Notes: generated from the sequence alone by a model not told the origin. A stretch of 63,964 nt of DNA, filler included, from Octopus bimaculoides (GCF_001194135.2; 9 parts of 9 records of this genome joined end to end with filler, not necessarily neighbours in it); one strand, 5' to 3'; positions 13,950 to 30,449 are shown, numbered from the whole stretch's first letter. Made by a program: numbers and translations.

Positions 13950-14989
13950 CTGTAATTTTACAGAAAGAAAAGAAAAAGAAATAATTATAATAACAATGAT
14001 AATGCTGATAATATTAATGATAATAATAGAAGTCCTCCCCTAAACTACCTCCTTAAAGTAAAGTTTAAAATAAAAAAATAAAACAAAAGCCTTGAACAAA
14101 AAGAGTGTTGTGTGAAAGCAACTGCGCCAAACAGTGATATCAAATTCCTGTCGTGTAATTTTCACAGGAAATTAACATCACTTAAGCAAGTCTAGCAACG
14201 GTCTACCACCCTGTACGAAAACAACTTACTTATGGACATTTATTTCATTTCCAATGGCCTGACTTAGATAAATGAAATGAATTGAAATAAAATGAAATAA
14301 AATGAAATGTAAAAAATTTTTTAAAATAAGAAAAAAATAAAATTAAAAAATAGAATACAAAAAAAAAACAGGAAGGATAATAACGAGAGGGAAAATTAAT
14401 TAGGAAAACTGGCATAGCCCGCTGATTATTTGTAGCTAATGAAAGGCAAAAGAGGAGAAAACCTGACAGCAAAGTGCACTTCACTTTTCCTCTTATAATT
14501 ATCCATATATAATCTTCATATGGAGTATAAAAAAATTTGCCAAATTTTTGTATTAGTAAATATAGTTCTTTTAATGTAAGGAGAGGAAGAGAAAGAGAGA
14601 GGACCTGAAGAAATTCATTTAATAAATAAATAAACAAATAAGAATAAACAAATAAATCAAAAACTAAAGTTATTTTTAAATCTATTAAAAGCTTGATGGA
14701 AGTGAGATGGAAAGAAAAAAAACAGAAATGGATCCTTAAAAGTGTTATTCTTTTCGATAGAAATGATGATAAGACATGAGGAACCTTGAGAAGATATCAG
14801 CTGAGGAAGAACAATACATGCCGCAAAAGATCAACAGCAGAAGATTTCCTGTCATAGGAGGGTGGGAAGAAGAAATTTTTTTGGTAATATTTGGGAACGA
14901 TTCAGTGGAACCAAAGAGGAAACTACATCAGAAAATACAATAAAACTCATTTAGGCTGAGGCCAAGGAAGAAAGAATCGGCAAATGACA

Positions 14990-17654
<2,665 letters not shown>

Positions 17655-17660
<6 letters not shown>

Positions 17661-17879
17661 GGGGTATTGAAAAGTTCCTGGCTTTAAGGGTGCCGCAAAA
17701 GCTTGGTTGGAGGCCCAACCTTCCGAGTTCTTTTGCAGGGCTTAGAAAAACTGAAGGACTGCTACAATAAGTGAGTGAATCTGAGAGAGGTAAACGTTGA
17801 ATAAATTCATAATCAACTGACTCTCATATATTCTCTTTTAGTGGAGCCAGGAACTTTTCAGCACACCACCCCACTCATA
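17655..17879 (+). mobile_element. Mariner-derived MITE
   Basis: gggggtattgaaaagttcctggct ... agccaggaacttttcagcac TIRs; interior encodes a mariner C-terminal-like AWLEAQPSEF...EKLKDCYNK.VNLRG segment. Confidence 0.75.
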
Positions 17880-18117
17880 GATTTGTGACCAAACAAATAA
17901 TAATGTGTTATATCTGTGTGCATGTGCATGAATACATATATGTATGTGTGTGTGTGTGCGTGTGCGTGTGTGTGTGTGTGTGTATGTATGTGTATGTATA
18001 TATATATATATATATATNNNNNNNNNNNNNNNNNNNNNNNNNNNNNNNNNNNNNNNNNNNNTTAATTAATTAANNNNNNNNNNNNNNNNNNNNNNNNNNN
18101 NNNNNNNNNNNNNNNNN

Positions 18118-18470
18118 GTTGTCAGATTGTTTTGCACGTTCATATCTTCGTACTTTTTTCGTAACAAACTTACAGTACGTACTTCTCGGTTGTTATTCTT
18201 GGGTGGAATAATACCGGTGTTATTTAATCTGTTTGTAATGTTTTTGTACATGGTGTTTTGGGGTTCGAAGATGGTCTGATTTTGATGTAACACGTGTGTT
18301 TACGATCGCTGTGCGAGTAGTGGAGGTATCAAGTTAAAATACATCATTATATTTGGAAAAATAGAGATAAATTTCAATGAGTATTACTTACTCGGATATA
18401 GTCCAACCCTTTGTAAGCTATTTTTTGTACATGGTGTTTGGGTTTGGAGATGGTCTGGATTTTGATATAA
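18118..18470 (-). mobile_element. Probable Penelope-like fragment with internal duplication
   Basis: Asn/Lys-rich frame (TIFEPQNTMYKNITNRLNNTGIIPPK) and two diverged copies of atggtgttttggggttcgaagatggtctg (about 18250 and 18430); family assignment weak. Confidence 0.3.
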
Positions 18471-18473
<3 letters not shown>

Positions 18474-18555
<82 letters not shown>

Positions 18556-19065
18556 TTGTTTTAATTTCATAACGTGCTTTCACTTCACTACCGAGCGCAG
18601 CTCTGTGTGCGTTGGGTGTGTGCTGTGGTTTGCTGTGATGCTCTTATGGTTACTGTATTGAAAGTGTTTTGCGTAGGATGTGTGCATTGCCCAGTAGTGC
18701 AATTTTCTGTATGCTATATATATTTGTAAGTCCTGGTGGTTTTGTTATGTATTTCTCTGAATATTTTTTTTTTATACCTAAGGCACCTACTATGATAGGA
18801 ATTGTTTCTATTTTTAGATTTCACATTCGTGTTACCTCTATTTCCAGGACTTTGTATTTTGAAAGTTTCTCCATTTCTTTTAGGGAAACGTTGTCACCTG
18901 CTGGTATTGATACATCATTTAGAAAGCATTTTTTCCTTCATGATCTTTGACAACTATATCTGGTCTATTTGCCTTAATTTCACTATCTGGATGTATTGGC
19001 ATATCCCAGAGCATGGTTGCTTTCTCATCAATTATTACAGGCATAACCTTTACAGATCGCATACG
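18474..19065 (-). mobile_element. R4/Dong-like 3' portion with RLE domain, stop codon, 3' UTR and (TAA)n tail
   Basis: MLWDMPIH...KANRPDIVVKD / DVSIPAGDNVSLKEMEKLSKYK.LEIEVTRMWNLK...IPIIVGALG...IQKIALLGNAHILRKTLSIQ* (stop 18650-18652), then UTR and (TAA)n at 18474-18552. Confidence 0.85.
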
Positions 19066-19109
19066 TCAAAATCTTCCTACATCAAGTTTTAAAGGATTAT
19101 ATATTTTTT

Positions 19110-19430
19110 GTTTTTCTTCTTCTTCGCCGAATATCCTCCACCAAACTTTTCATAAGTTCGCTGTAGATCTCACGAATGACGGGCTGGCCTTCGAGGAAGA
19201 AGCACATTACCACATTTCTGGGATGACACACGTGGCAGGTCTTGCAGATCACTCATCGTTTTCCAGGGAAATTTTTGAAACACCTGTACCACTCACAAAA
19301 TTGGTTTACGAACCATTACCTTGTCATCGTAAGCTTGCCGAAGCATCCTCAATATCTCTGTAGCAGACTTCCTAATTATAACGCAAAATTGCACGTTGGC
19401 TCTTTGTTCTTGTCCATGAGAAAATCACAG
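19110..19430 (-). mobile_element. Internally deleted mariner transposase relic
   Basis: MDKNKE from ATG 19417; RKSATEILRMLRQAYDD, EWYRCFKN, SLENDE.SARP (mariner HTH), then a GQPVIREIYSELMKSLVEDIRRRR-like segment (cf. GQTVNQEYY...LREAIRRKR). Confidence 0.65.
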
Positions 19431-19695
19431 TCTACAAAACACAGATAATCACAAAAACACCAATTTAACAACATGCGAAGTGAACACAGCAATGCCACTC
19501 GGCACATTGGTTCATGAAGTTCCCTGCTAAGTCTCCCTGCGTATGCAACTGTGTGCTATCATCTGCTGGTGAACTCCGAAACTAGTCCTGGAGACATTTT
19601 GATACCACCTTGTAAGAGTAATATGCAAAATGCACACACTAACATTTATAGAAGAGAAACTCTTGTACGTCTGTATCTGTATAATTTCTATGTAT

Positions 19696-19804
<109 letters not shown>

Positions 19805-20492
19805 NNNNNNNNNNNNNNNNNNNNNNNNNNNNNNNNNNNNNNNNNNNNNTATACATACATACCTATATACATACATACAGACATACATACAAACATACAT
19901 ACATACAAACATGCATACATACATACATACATATATACATACATGCATAACAAGCTCAAACTCCATTTCCCATGCAGGTGTGTTCGATGTTGTTCCTAGT
20001 CTGCCCCTATCGATTAAAACTATGATGAAAGAAATTCCAGTCGAGGCAATAATGTATTTTTTTTATAACTCCGAATACATGGTCGAACATAACATTTATT
20101 TAAATGTGCGAGATATAACTGAGCGAAGTTTTCCTTTTGTTTAATGTGTAAAGTAACTGCTTAGAGGTGACATACCTGGATCATTTCCAATGGTTTAAAA
20201 TCTTGCACAAAATGGAGGGAAGAGTCGTCAAGTAGTTCCCCTCCTTTCAGAGAGCTTCATAACCCAGATTTTCAATGGAGTACAAGTCAGATTCTCTTTA
20301 TACAGCTAATAGCTGTAGGCAAGAATGCTGTACAGCTCCAATCGTGTCTGTTTGTTGACTGACGTCATTTTATGTGTCATACATCAAAAATACTATTGAT
20401 TGAAGATTGTTCTTGCAAGTTATGATAGGAAATCATATTCGTGATGATGTTCATAGTTCTGATATTTCACTACTCCAAAGTCCAACACTTAC

Positions 20493-20576
20493 GGTTCTCG
20501 TTGTTTCGATAGTACGTATCTTTCTCTCAATATCCATTAATCTGAGATGGGATGGGGCTGATGTAATTTGCCTCTG
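20493..20576 (-). CDS. Candidate 84-nt exon (QRQITSAPSHLRLMDIERKIRTIETTRT), gene unidentified
   Basis: atag| acceptor, ACC|gtaagt donor, phase 0-0 open frame in unique sequence. Confidence 0.3.
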
Positions 20577-23500
20577 CTATATTTGAGATAAACTATTTAA
20601 TTTTTAAGAGGTATCATTTATGTTAAATTTGAAGACTTTGATCAAATATACGTATATAAATTATTAATAACTTTCTTGATCATTAATGGTACGTAACAAA
20701 ATAGTATCAGCATTTTCTCAAAAATATGAGTAAATATAAAGAATGTTATAACAGATACGTATGTCGTAATACAATCATTTTTCATTTAAGTTCTTCGTTT
20801 ATCTGCAAATAATTTGATACTTCAAAATATATTTTAAAATATTTTTACTTGATGTTTTGGTCCTAATTTGCTTTGGTAGTAGATTTAAAACGCTAATTAA
20901 ACCAAACACGAATTACATAAATATTGAAATTCTTATACTTGTAAAGAGCAAAAGAGAACAATAGAGTAACATGTCTTTAGTGAATATGTGTGTATATATG
21001 AGTGCATCTGAGTATAGGTGTACAAATTAATGTGTATATAAAACAGTAATTCACTGTTTCATTTATTTTCCGAACATAAACATCAATTATTTTGCACGCA
21101 ATGAGATAAAAGTTACTAGTATCAGAGCACTGAATTGTCAAGGTATCTGACAACTTTCTTGTTCAAGGATAAAATACTTATTTGATTTTTCCTTATTGCT
21201 TTGGCTTTGGATATTTGCTTTCAATGTACACATTAGAGCTTGTATGCAATCTTCTTCTTGAATCTGCCACTTTACTTTGACGTGGCACAACGGAGAATCA
21301 ACAATCATTTAGTCAAACTAAAGATGTAGTACATTCAATTCAAAGGAAACGAGATATACATTTTTACTCGTGTACACACTCACATATATACACACCCAAT
21401 ATTGCCGTCTCTATTTTAGTTTAGCTTGAGGAAAAAAATACTTTCACTATTTTCTATTTAAGGTTTCTTCAATACATTATTAATCTGCGAAAAATAATAA
21501 CAACAGGAAAGTTACAAATGTCTTTAGAATATATGACTGAAACGTGATGTATATTTTCACAATTTAATTTTCAAAAATGCCGAAATATCAATAAAGAAAG
21601 CTGCTATAATATGGAATATTTCTTTGTGATACAATTTTCATTTAGTCTTGCACACTCGTATAGTATCATCCACGCATACGTGCATGAATGACTTTATCTA
21701 TAGAGAGAAATGTGCTTGTATAAACTCGAAACCACTGCAGGCATTCGATAGAAGTAATGATTTCGTACCCATACAATAAGCTAGAAACGCCAGCTTAAAA
21801 TTCACAAATTGACGGTCTTCTTATCAAATAAGCACATTCAGCAATTGACTTCCATACACAAGTCTTGAAATATTTGAGTTAAATATTTAGTGGTCACATC
21901 TAGAAATATTTAATTTATAGTGTTGTTTGACGTAGTTAACTCGGAGTATTGAGCTGAAAAGGCAATAATAAATGCTTAAAGTTAGGAATAACATAAATAA
22001 CTATCATAAATGTATTTCTAAATTTCACACAGGGCTAGTAACTCCGTGGAGTTATCTTTTTGGAGGACACGAGTAAGACCATTATCTCACGCACCACAGG
22101 GGTAAACAATAGATTCAAGTACACAATGGAAAATTACTTCCGCCTCACGAAATAAGTCATATATTCGCGAACGTGTAAAATTCTATGATTTATTAATAGA
22201 CTAATGATATTTCTTGTGTTCCTTTAGTAGTCATTTTAACATCAGTAGTATTAGCAGAAGTTGTAATAGAATATAAACTTATTACGAAGGCGTAAATTAT
22301 GTGTGTGCGCGCATACACGCACACACACACACTCAGAAGCGCATACACACACATACACTCAAATATGAGTTGGCGGGAAAGAGTAAAGGAAAGTAGTGCT
22401 TTGGACTTTGAGTTACCATTTACGAAGCTTCATTTGAACAGAGAGATCACTTGTTAAAATTTGTGTTTGCTGAGAATTAAATTTCAAAGATTTAGATGCA
22501 TTGAGTGTAGTTACTTTCGAGTTTCTTTTGTTGCTATTGTTGTTCCGTATTTCCGCATTATGCCTTCTCATGAAACAGTGTTGTTGCATTGCAGCAATTT
22601 AATTTCTATGTATAATTTGGAATCAGTAGACGGTGTCCATTCCTATCAATTCAATGATAAACTATTGAATGTTCAGAAAAACGAAAGGTTATGCTGTAGT
22701 TTTTTAGTCAGATTAAGCAAAATATGAACTGTGCATTTGACATTAATCTTATTACATCACTTTCACTTCTTCAGTCATTGGGATCCCAATTTGATGTGAT
22801 CCCAAGTTGAAGATCAGCCCCAGTAATCATTTCTTAATGCCCGATAATTCTTCTATCGCTCTTTTTTTTCTTTTTGATAAACCACTAAATATACCAATAA
22901 TAGTCGTCAAGAGGAAAGTGCATCAAAAACAGTTTCAAACACATAACATGCAGGCGCACACGCGCAAACACACGCACATTCACACTCAAACTCATACATA
23001 TAACGCATATTTGTATGTGTGTAGATAGATGGATAGATATACACAGACATGTATAAATTATAGACGGTAGTTTGTAGTACATGGAATACACGAAAAATAG
23101 GTAAACGAAACAAAACACAAGGTTGGCTAAGATCACCTAGAATTATAGTAACCTTTAATCAGATACACAGACTATAGTATATTAGATACATTGCGAACTT
23201 GCTTTCCTTGGGTTTCATCTGACTTCAAATGAATAACATGACTATCTTGATGGTTAACAACAGAGATTATATGACTATTTTGATGGTTAACAGCAAAGAA
23301 TTAGTGGAAGACTGAGAAGGGAATGGATGAATAAAACAGAATTAAAGCTAAGGGAAAATTCGCAGAGATACGTGTTGGGAAAGTAATAAGGAAATACTCG
23401 TAAAGTACGCGTAGCACACTTAGAAATGTGATAAGAGTAAAAACAACAGTGAATTTATGGGGAATATTAAAAAAATGATGGAAAGGAAAAGAAAAACTAA

Positions 23501-23810
23501 TAGTGAGGAACAATGAAAACACAAAAGAAGATAAGTAAATAAAATCGCTAAATAACACAAGCAGGATACAAAGGAGTAGTAGCGTGCAAGGAGTATTTTT
23601 TTCTTCAAATTTACACCACATTTTGAAAGTAGTAAGCATATGTGCAACAATAAAAATACAAAAAGCAAAAGTAATTATTAAAATTGTCTACATTTAATAG
23701 TAAAGTATGGCTTAACAGGAATAATTTCCTTTAGATTTCGCTATCGTACTGCAATACTATTTTTTATCCAGTCACTCATCTCGGGCATATCTTTCGGTGT
23801 TTTATACGCC

Positions 23811-24310
23811 ACTAGCAGTATAGCACGGCGTTGCTCCGAATTAAGTCAGGATTATGAAACTAATCAAGTGTTTTGTTTCAAACCAAACTAAGTTGAACCG
23901 ACGTCAAATTTGAGCGAAATCCATTGCAATTGGTAAACGTTTGGCTGAAAACGGTTTGCAGACAATTTGATTGGGAAATCCCATAAGGAATCGGTTTATT
24001 GATTTCTCCACTCATCAATTGTCTTTTTGTTTGCGGGGTGGGGGGAATTAAAGCATTCAAAGATCCCATGATTCCTAAGTAACGCCGGCATCAAGGTTGA
24101 ACACAATATGTCAAAATTAGTAAAAGCTATGTTTGAAAATGTGATGTAGCCAATTTTAGTGGGAAATCATATCAGGAATTGGTCAATCGATTTTTCATCC
24201 TGATTGAATGGAAAACCCCATAAGGAATCGGTTTATTGATTTTTCACCCCAAATAGGACTTAACCGAACACAACACTGCTGATTCAAAAAATCTATATTT
24301 ATACTTTAAA
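23811..24310 (+). mobile_element. Non-autonomous Helitron/Helentron-like repeat
   Basis: Starts ACTAGCAGTATAGCACGGCGTTGCTCCG, similar to the start at 29881; internal direct repeat cccataaggaatcggtttattgattt (about 23980 and 24217). Confidence 0.35.
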
Positions 24311-25200
24311 GTTGGTTTTCACACCCAACCCAGTTCTGCAGAATAAGTGTCACAACGGGAACGCTTAGGTTGGGAGTGTGACTGGCAGATGTGATCAGGT
24401 TGCACATGCCGGCCCTTTTGAAACCATCACCCCCATCATCTAAACGCACTTGGACCATGGATGGGTTGGGAGCTCTTCTGGCAAGGAAAATAGAACGCCC
24501 AAAAGGGCTCCCGATCCTGAGTGTCAGAAGAGGTTATGTTCGGATCACAACTAAGCCTTAACCGAAGCCTAAGCTAAGCTAGTGAAACGGGGATAGAGAG
24601 CCTCCAAAAATCAGCGACTAATCCCAATATAGTCCTAACCCCTCCTATGGGGTACTATCACTCAAGGTTGCATGGAAGATATGCACTGGAGAAGGTTGAC
24701 TCGAATATCTGCATTGAAGAGGGTTGCATCGAAGGTTTGCAAGCTATANNNNNNNNNNNNNNNNNNNNNNNNNNNNNNNNNNNNNNNNNNNNTTAATTAA
24801 TTAANNNNNNNNNNNNNNNNNNNNNNNNNNNNNNNNNNNNNNNNNNNNAGGGGTATGTGGGTAGGGGTGGGTGTAAGGAATTGGATGCAGTGGAGTGGGA
24901 AGGTAGAGTAGGAGTGTGTTGGGGGGGATGTGCTTATGAGGGGGGTTGACGATGAAGGGGGAGGGGGAAGGTGGGTATGGGAGGAGGGAGAAAGAGAGAA
25001 GAGAGTGAGAGAGGGGAGAGAAAGAGTAGGGGTGAAGAGTATTTGAAGCTTGCTGGAATGAGAATTCCTGGAATTTACTTTCATTTAATTATTATATACA
25101 CTTTGTTTAGGTATTTTCTATTCAATCCTTGGACAGTTATATTATGAGTACCATAAGATATATTATATATATATATATATGTGTGTATATATAATTATTA

Positions 25201-26641
25201 TATGCTGAACTATAAAAGAAACATCACACTGTAAAAGATTTGTTTCACACACAATATTGAGATTGTATGGATTATATCACATTTCTAGATAATTTGACAC
25301 CTCTTTTTTGAAAACACAAGGATTGCATGTAAGGTTGCAACTCGCTCACTTTTCATAAACATGGTAATGCTTGTGAATGCATTTTATGAAAAGCATGATG
25401 CACGTGTAAAATGTTGACTCATTGGGTATAAAAGGCACCCAAATTTACCAGCCTGTCATTTGTTTCCTGAACACAGCAAGCATGCCAAGACTGACACAAA
25501 ATCAGAGGGAACAAGCCATCAGACATCGCCATGCTGGTCAATGTCCATGGTTTATTGCTACTGTCTTGAACTCAGTATTTGGACAATTGAGCAGCTGAGG
25601 GAATGATACAATGCCACGAACAGCAAGGATGATCATCCATGCAGTGGCTGACTGAAGGTTACAATAGTCAAGATCACCACCTGCACTGACAGCACTTGCA
25701 GAGCCAATTCCAGAGGACAATGGAATCAGCTAGGCAGACCATAGGGACTCACCACAGACTCATTCGTGCAGAGACAGTTCGCCACTGGCTGAGATCTTTC
25801 AATCTGTCTTGTCGACATCCAGCTAGAATCCCCTTCCTCACAGATCGTCATCGATGGGCACATCTACAGTGGGCTCAAAAACGTCAGAACCACCAGCAAT
25901 ATCAGTAGTGGAAGACTGTAGTCTTCTCTGACGAAAGTTGATATTGCATTTCTGTGGCAGATGGCAGAGCTAGGGTTTGGAGAAGAAGGGTTGACAGCAT
26001 GCTGATGGCTGTGTGATGGAGAGAGACTCATGGGGAGGACAGAGCTTCATGGTATGGGGCAGGACTGCATTCAACGAGAAACTTGGACCAGTGGTCTTTC
26101 AAGTCATCAGCCAAGACCGGAGCAATGGAGTGACTGCTGCTCGCTACATTGACCAAGTGTTGAGGCCTCACATTGTGTCATACTTTGCCTGTCATCGGAA
26201 TCGTGTTCCAACAGCACAACATCCAGAAACTTCCATGGCCTGCCCTAAGTCCGGACTTGAACCCCATAGAACATCTGTGAGACAAAATCCAAAGAAGGCT
26301 AAACAACATCTGTCCAAGGCCAACAACTGCAGCACAACTCACTGCAAGTTTTAAGAGTGTGGGCTGCTATCTCCATGGCCTTCATCAATCATTTGGTGCA
26401 TTCAATGTACAGAAGATGCCTGGCCATAATCAATGCTAACAGTGGTCACATGAGATATTGATTTCATTTCTTTGGATCACGTGACACCTTGTGACATCAA
26501 ACATGTTTCAGAAAATGATGTCTTGTCATTAGGAAAGAACGGTTTCTTAATTAGCACTCTTCAGTCAATGCTATGCTGTCTGTTAATGAACCGGTTTCTA
26601 TTTAGTATGTGTGTGACCTTTCTTTTGCAGTTCAGTTTATA
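25201..26641 (+). mobile_element. Full-length but decayed Tc1-like DNA transposon
   Basis: Imperfect TIRs tgctgaactataaaagaaacatcacac (25203-25229) and gtgtgacctttcttttgcagttcagtt (26611-26637) with flanking TA. MPRLTQNQREQAI from ATG 25482; WKTVVFSDES, FMVWG, FQQHN (from FQQDN), WPALSPDLNPIEHL; many stops and frameshifts. Confidence 0.9.
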
Positions 26642-27611
26642 TACATTCATTCTTTGTTTGAATTAGATATTCTCTGTTCAATCCTATGTTAATTTTCAGA
26701 AATTTAAATTTATATTTACATATAAGCATTGCTGGATAATTAATAATTTTGTTTCCCAACCGTAGGATTTCTTGTTTGGTCCTATTGTTTGGCTTCTTAA
26801 GTTAATGTTCTCTGTTCTAGCCCCAAGCAAACCAAAGCCTTGTGAGTGGGTTTGGTTGACAGAAACTGAAAGAAGGCCATTCTGTGTGTGTATACATATA
26901 CATTATCAGTATTTGACATCTGACTTTCATGCGGACAGTGGTTGGATGGTTTTACAGGGTCCAACCCTCTAGTGGCATGGTTTGTATGGCTGGATGCTCT
27001 TCCTAATGCCAGATACTTTACAGAATGTACTGGGTGCATTTTTTCATGACACCAGCACTAGTGAGGTTGCCAAGTAACCTGCAAGCCAAAGAAAAGGAAG
27101 AAAAAGTATCCCACACATGCAGCTGAGTGGGTATGTTGTAGAGTAGGAAGACGACTTTATGCCAGGTGTTAAGGGGTTAAAATATGAAAGAGGGACAAGC
27201 ACAGGTGTTTAGGAGTCTTGCATTCATTGGCTGGTGTTTTCGGAATCAATAATCACCAATGCTATTGGTCACTAATTGTTATATTACTTATAATTGACAA
27301 CCTTACTGAAATGTTATTATTTTGATACTTTCTAAGGCAGCAAGCTGGCAGAATTGTTAGCATGCCAAGCGAAATACTCAGCGGTATTTTGTCTGTCTTC
27401 ACGTTCTGAATTCAAATGCCATTGGGGTTGACTGTGCTTTTTTCATCCTTTCAGGGTTGATAAATTAAGGACCAGTTACACACTGGGGTTGATGTAATCG
27501 ACTGGTCCTCTCTCCCCAAATTTCAGGCCTTGTGCCTATAGTAGAAAGGGTTATTTTGATACTTTGTATTTACTTTCTACATCTTTTTATTTTTTTTTTT
27601 TTGCCTTGTAG

Positions 27612-27744
27612 ATCCTTCCAAGTTGAGCCACAGTGCTACAGAGACCTACATTACTACTGACACCCACAAGTGCTATGCAGTTCAGTCTCTTCCGTATCAA
27701 TTCTTTGTTCTTTATAACAATGATATTCCAACCTATGCAATGCG
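27612..27744 (+). CDS. FUZ: Penultimate coding exon of a fuzzy (FUZ) homolog
   Basis: Long poly-T tract then ttgccttgtag| acceptor and CG|gtaagt donor. Only one frame is open: (D)PSKLSHSATETYITTDTHKCYAVQSLPYQFFVLYNNDIPTYAM(R). Spliced to 29062 it gives PTYAMRNVTQKTLSML, matching the remembered human FUZ C-terminus PTHGLRSLATHTLHAL (third longin domain). Confidence 0.8.
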
Positions 27745-29061
27745 GTAAGTCTTTAGTGCAATAATATTTCAGTTTTAAGAAGACTGCTTCTCAAATACTA
27801 ATATAAATACTAACTTGTAATATAATGGGTTAAAATAAGGTGGCTAGCTGGTAGAATTATTATCATGTTGAGCAAAATACTTGGCAGTATTTACATTTTG
27901 AGTCCAAATTCTGCCAAGGCTGACTTTGCCTTTCATCCTTTTGGGGTTGATCAAATAAGTAACATTTGAGAACTGGAGTCAATGTAATTGACTTAGCTCC
28001 TCCCCCAAAATTGCTGGCCTTGTGCCAAAATTCGAAACCAGTATAAGGGCTGCCAGAATCATTCACATACTGGGCAAAATGTCTGTTGGCATTCATGTTC
28101 AGAGTTCAAATTCTGCTGAAATCAACTTTGCCTTTCAGGCTTTTAAGGTCGATAAAATAAGTACCAGTAATCAATTTATCACCTTCCCCAAAATTGATGG
28201 CTTTGTCCTAAAATTTGAAATCAATATATTGGATTAAAATCCCATGGATAGGAAAAAAGCTGGAGGCTCACTGTGGAACTTGGCCTACGCTTCTGTACCT
28301 ATGGCACACATGTTAACTAGTTACACTAAAGTAATCTTTACATCAAATTAGATGCTTTGATATTGAAAGTAAGAAAGTAAGTAATCATCATCTTTTAGCA
28401 TCTATCTTGTATACTGGCATGAGTTGGATAATTTAAGAGAATCCAACAGATCGGAGGACTGCATCATGAACCAATGTCTCCTTTGGCATGGTTTGTAGGG
28501 TAACTACTTGACAAAGTATACTGAGTGGTTTTACCATGGCACCAGCAATGGTGAAGTTGTCATATATCTTGTAAGACTGAGATCCCTTTCAATTGAGTGG
28601 GACTACAGTAGACTGTCTGTTAACATTTTTATGGAAAGGAGACTGGAAGTTACTTTAGCAGTGATGCATTGTCCTTGAGCAAAATACTTTATTTTATGCT
28701 GCTCCAGTCCACTCAGCTGGAAAAACGAGTAGTACATGTATTTCAAAGGGCTAGCCTTGTCACACTCTTTGTCATGTTGAATCTCCCTGAGAATTATGTT
28801 AAGGGTATACGTGTTTGTGAAGTGCTCGGCCACTTACATGTTAATTTCACAATCGGGCTGCTCCATTAATCGGATCAACTGAAACCCTCATTGATATAAA
28901 CCAATGGAGTGCCAGTTTTCTACATCAAAAAATGTATGAATATCATTTAATCTCATCTGAGCTCCTCATCTTATTTGAAGTAGTTTATATTTTTTTTTTT
29001 TTACTGTAATATAACACATTCAAGCTATACTTTATTTATTTGGCATTTCTTTCCATTGCAG

Positions 29062-29119
29062 CAATGTCACCCAGAAGACACTATCCATGCTTATCAAGGA
29101 TAAATCCATTCAGATTTAA
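29062..29119 (+). CDS. FUZ: Terminal coding exon of the FUZ homolog: (R)NVTQKTLSMLIKDKSIQI*
   Basis: Acceptor tttctttccattgcag|C; phase matches the phase-2 donor at 27744; TAA at 29117-29119; followed by AT-rich 3' UTR-like sequence. Confidence 0.78.
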
Positions 29120-29260
29120 CAAGTGTTAATCAACGATATAAACCTTCTAATCACTAGTTTTACAATTAATATTAGTTTTAAGACTCTAACCAATTGTACT
29201 CCCTTCATGTGAAACTTCCTTCACAGTTGTGGCATTGTTTGATTTGTAAAGAGTTCATTA

Positions 29261-29363
29261 AATAAAAGCTTCATTTCACTTACAAAATTCTTACTTTAAT
29301 ATAAAACACTGATTCATTCTAACAAGAAAAACAAGTATCATGTACTGTTTGTAATTTAATAAA
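29261..29363 (+). promoter_or_regulatory. Candidate polyadenylation signals (AATAAA at 29261 and 29358) for FUZ
   Basis: Two AATAAA hexamers about 140 and 240 bp after the stop codon, with T-rich sequence downstream. Confidence 0.4.
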
Positions 29364-29880
29364 ACCTTTTGTTCAATTAATCCTGTATTTCTCTTTCTTC
29401 TTTTAAGAAAAAGATTCAGACTTTATATCTAATCTCTTTTTTTTTTTAATGAGTTTCCAACATGGAAATAGAAAGTAAAAATATTTAATCATCAACAATG
29501 TCTTTGTCACTATTGTCATTATTGTCGTTGTCATCATCATTACTGTTTTAATGTCTACTTTTTTGTGGTTGTATGGGTCAGACAGGAGTAAGTAGGAGCA
29601 GAGTTTTTAACCCTCTCTTGTTTCCAAGCAAGGTAATAACATCCCATCTCTTAATTGACAAATGGCCCAGACTTGTTATGCAAAGAACTGGATACAAGTG
29701 TACAGCATTTGAATGAGCCTTTTTTTTACAAAATTACACAATACATCAAGAAGCTTGGATGTGTTTTCACTGTGAATTGCAAGCAACTGATATTAGCATT
29801 GCTTAAAAAGAGTGAATACATGTGAAGATGAGAAGAACATAAACTCACTCATGCACACACACATATACATATATACGCAT

Positions 29881-30440
29881 ACTAGCAATGCATCCTGGCG
29901 TTGCCCAGGTGTTATGACCTATAGTTACATTGTATTGTTCCTTTCTTATGGGCAGAATTAGGTAAACAACATTATTTCTGAAGAAACTTCCCTGGTTTCC
30001 AAAAAGCTAAAAGTGAAACATTGGGAGTTTGTAGCTTTTTGAAAGTGGTGAGGAGATGGGTGAATGTTTGGGAAGGAGATTTTAGTGTTTCTTTAAGAAA
30101 AAAGGAAGAAGAAAATACATGGATTCTTAAAGATTTGTAATTCATGGATTACCAAGAAGAAATTTGGAAAAAAGTTTAAAAAATGAAGAAATTTGGGTGG
30201 GGAGGGAGAAAATTACACTATTGAGAGCGTGTTGTTTTGAGCAAAATCCTAATCTCCCGTATCGGAAACACAAGGAGTTGTAAGAAATTTAGGAAAAAAA
30301 TAAGGGTGGAGTGCAAATCTCATTTCAGACATACTAGAAACAACAGGGAAAGGACAGGATTTCTGAGAAAACTTTCTTTTGAGTTTGTATCAAAGATCAG
30401 GTTTTTAAATAACTCATCACAAGCACAAATTATAGAATAG
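29881..30440 (+). mobile_element. Non-autonomous Helitron/Helentron-like repeat
   Basis: Starts ACTAGCAATGCATCCTGGCGTTGCCCAGG (short 5' hairpin), ends aattatagaatag; follows a CA/TA microsatellite. Confidence 0.35.
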
Positions 30441-30449
30441 CTGTAGTTA

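Noticed and set aside
18947-19363. 138-aa plus-strand ORF
   Set aside because: Antisense shadow of the Dong and mariner relics on the minus strand.
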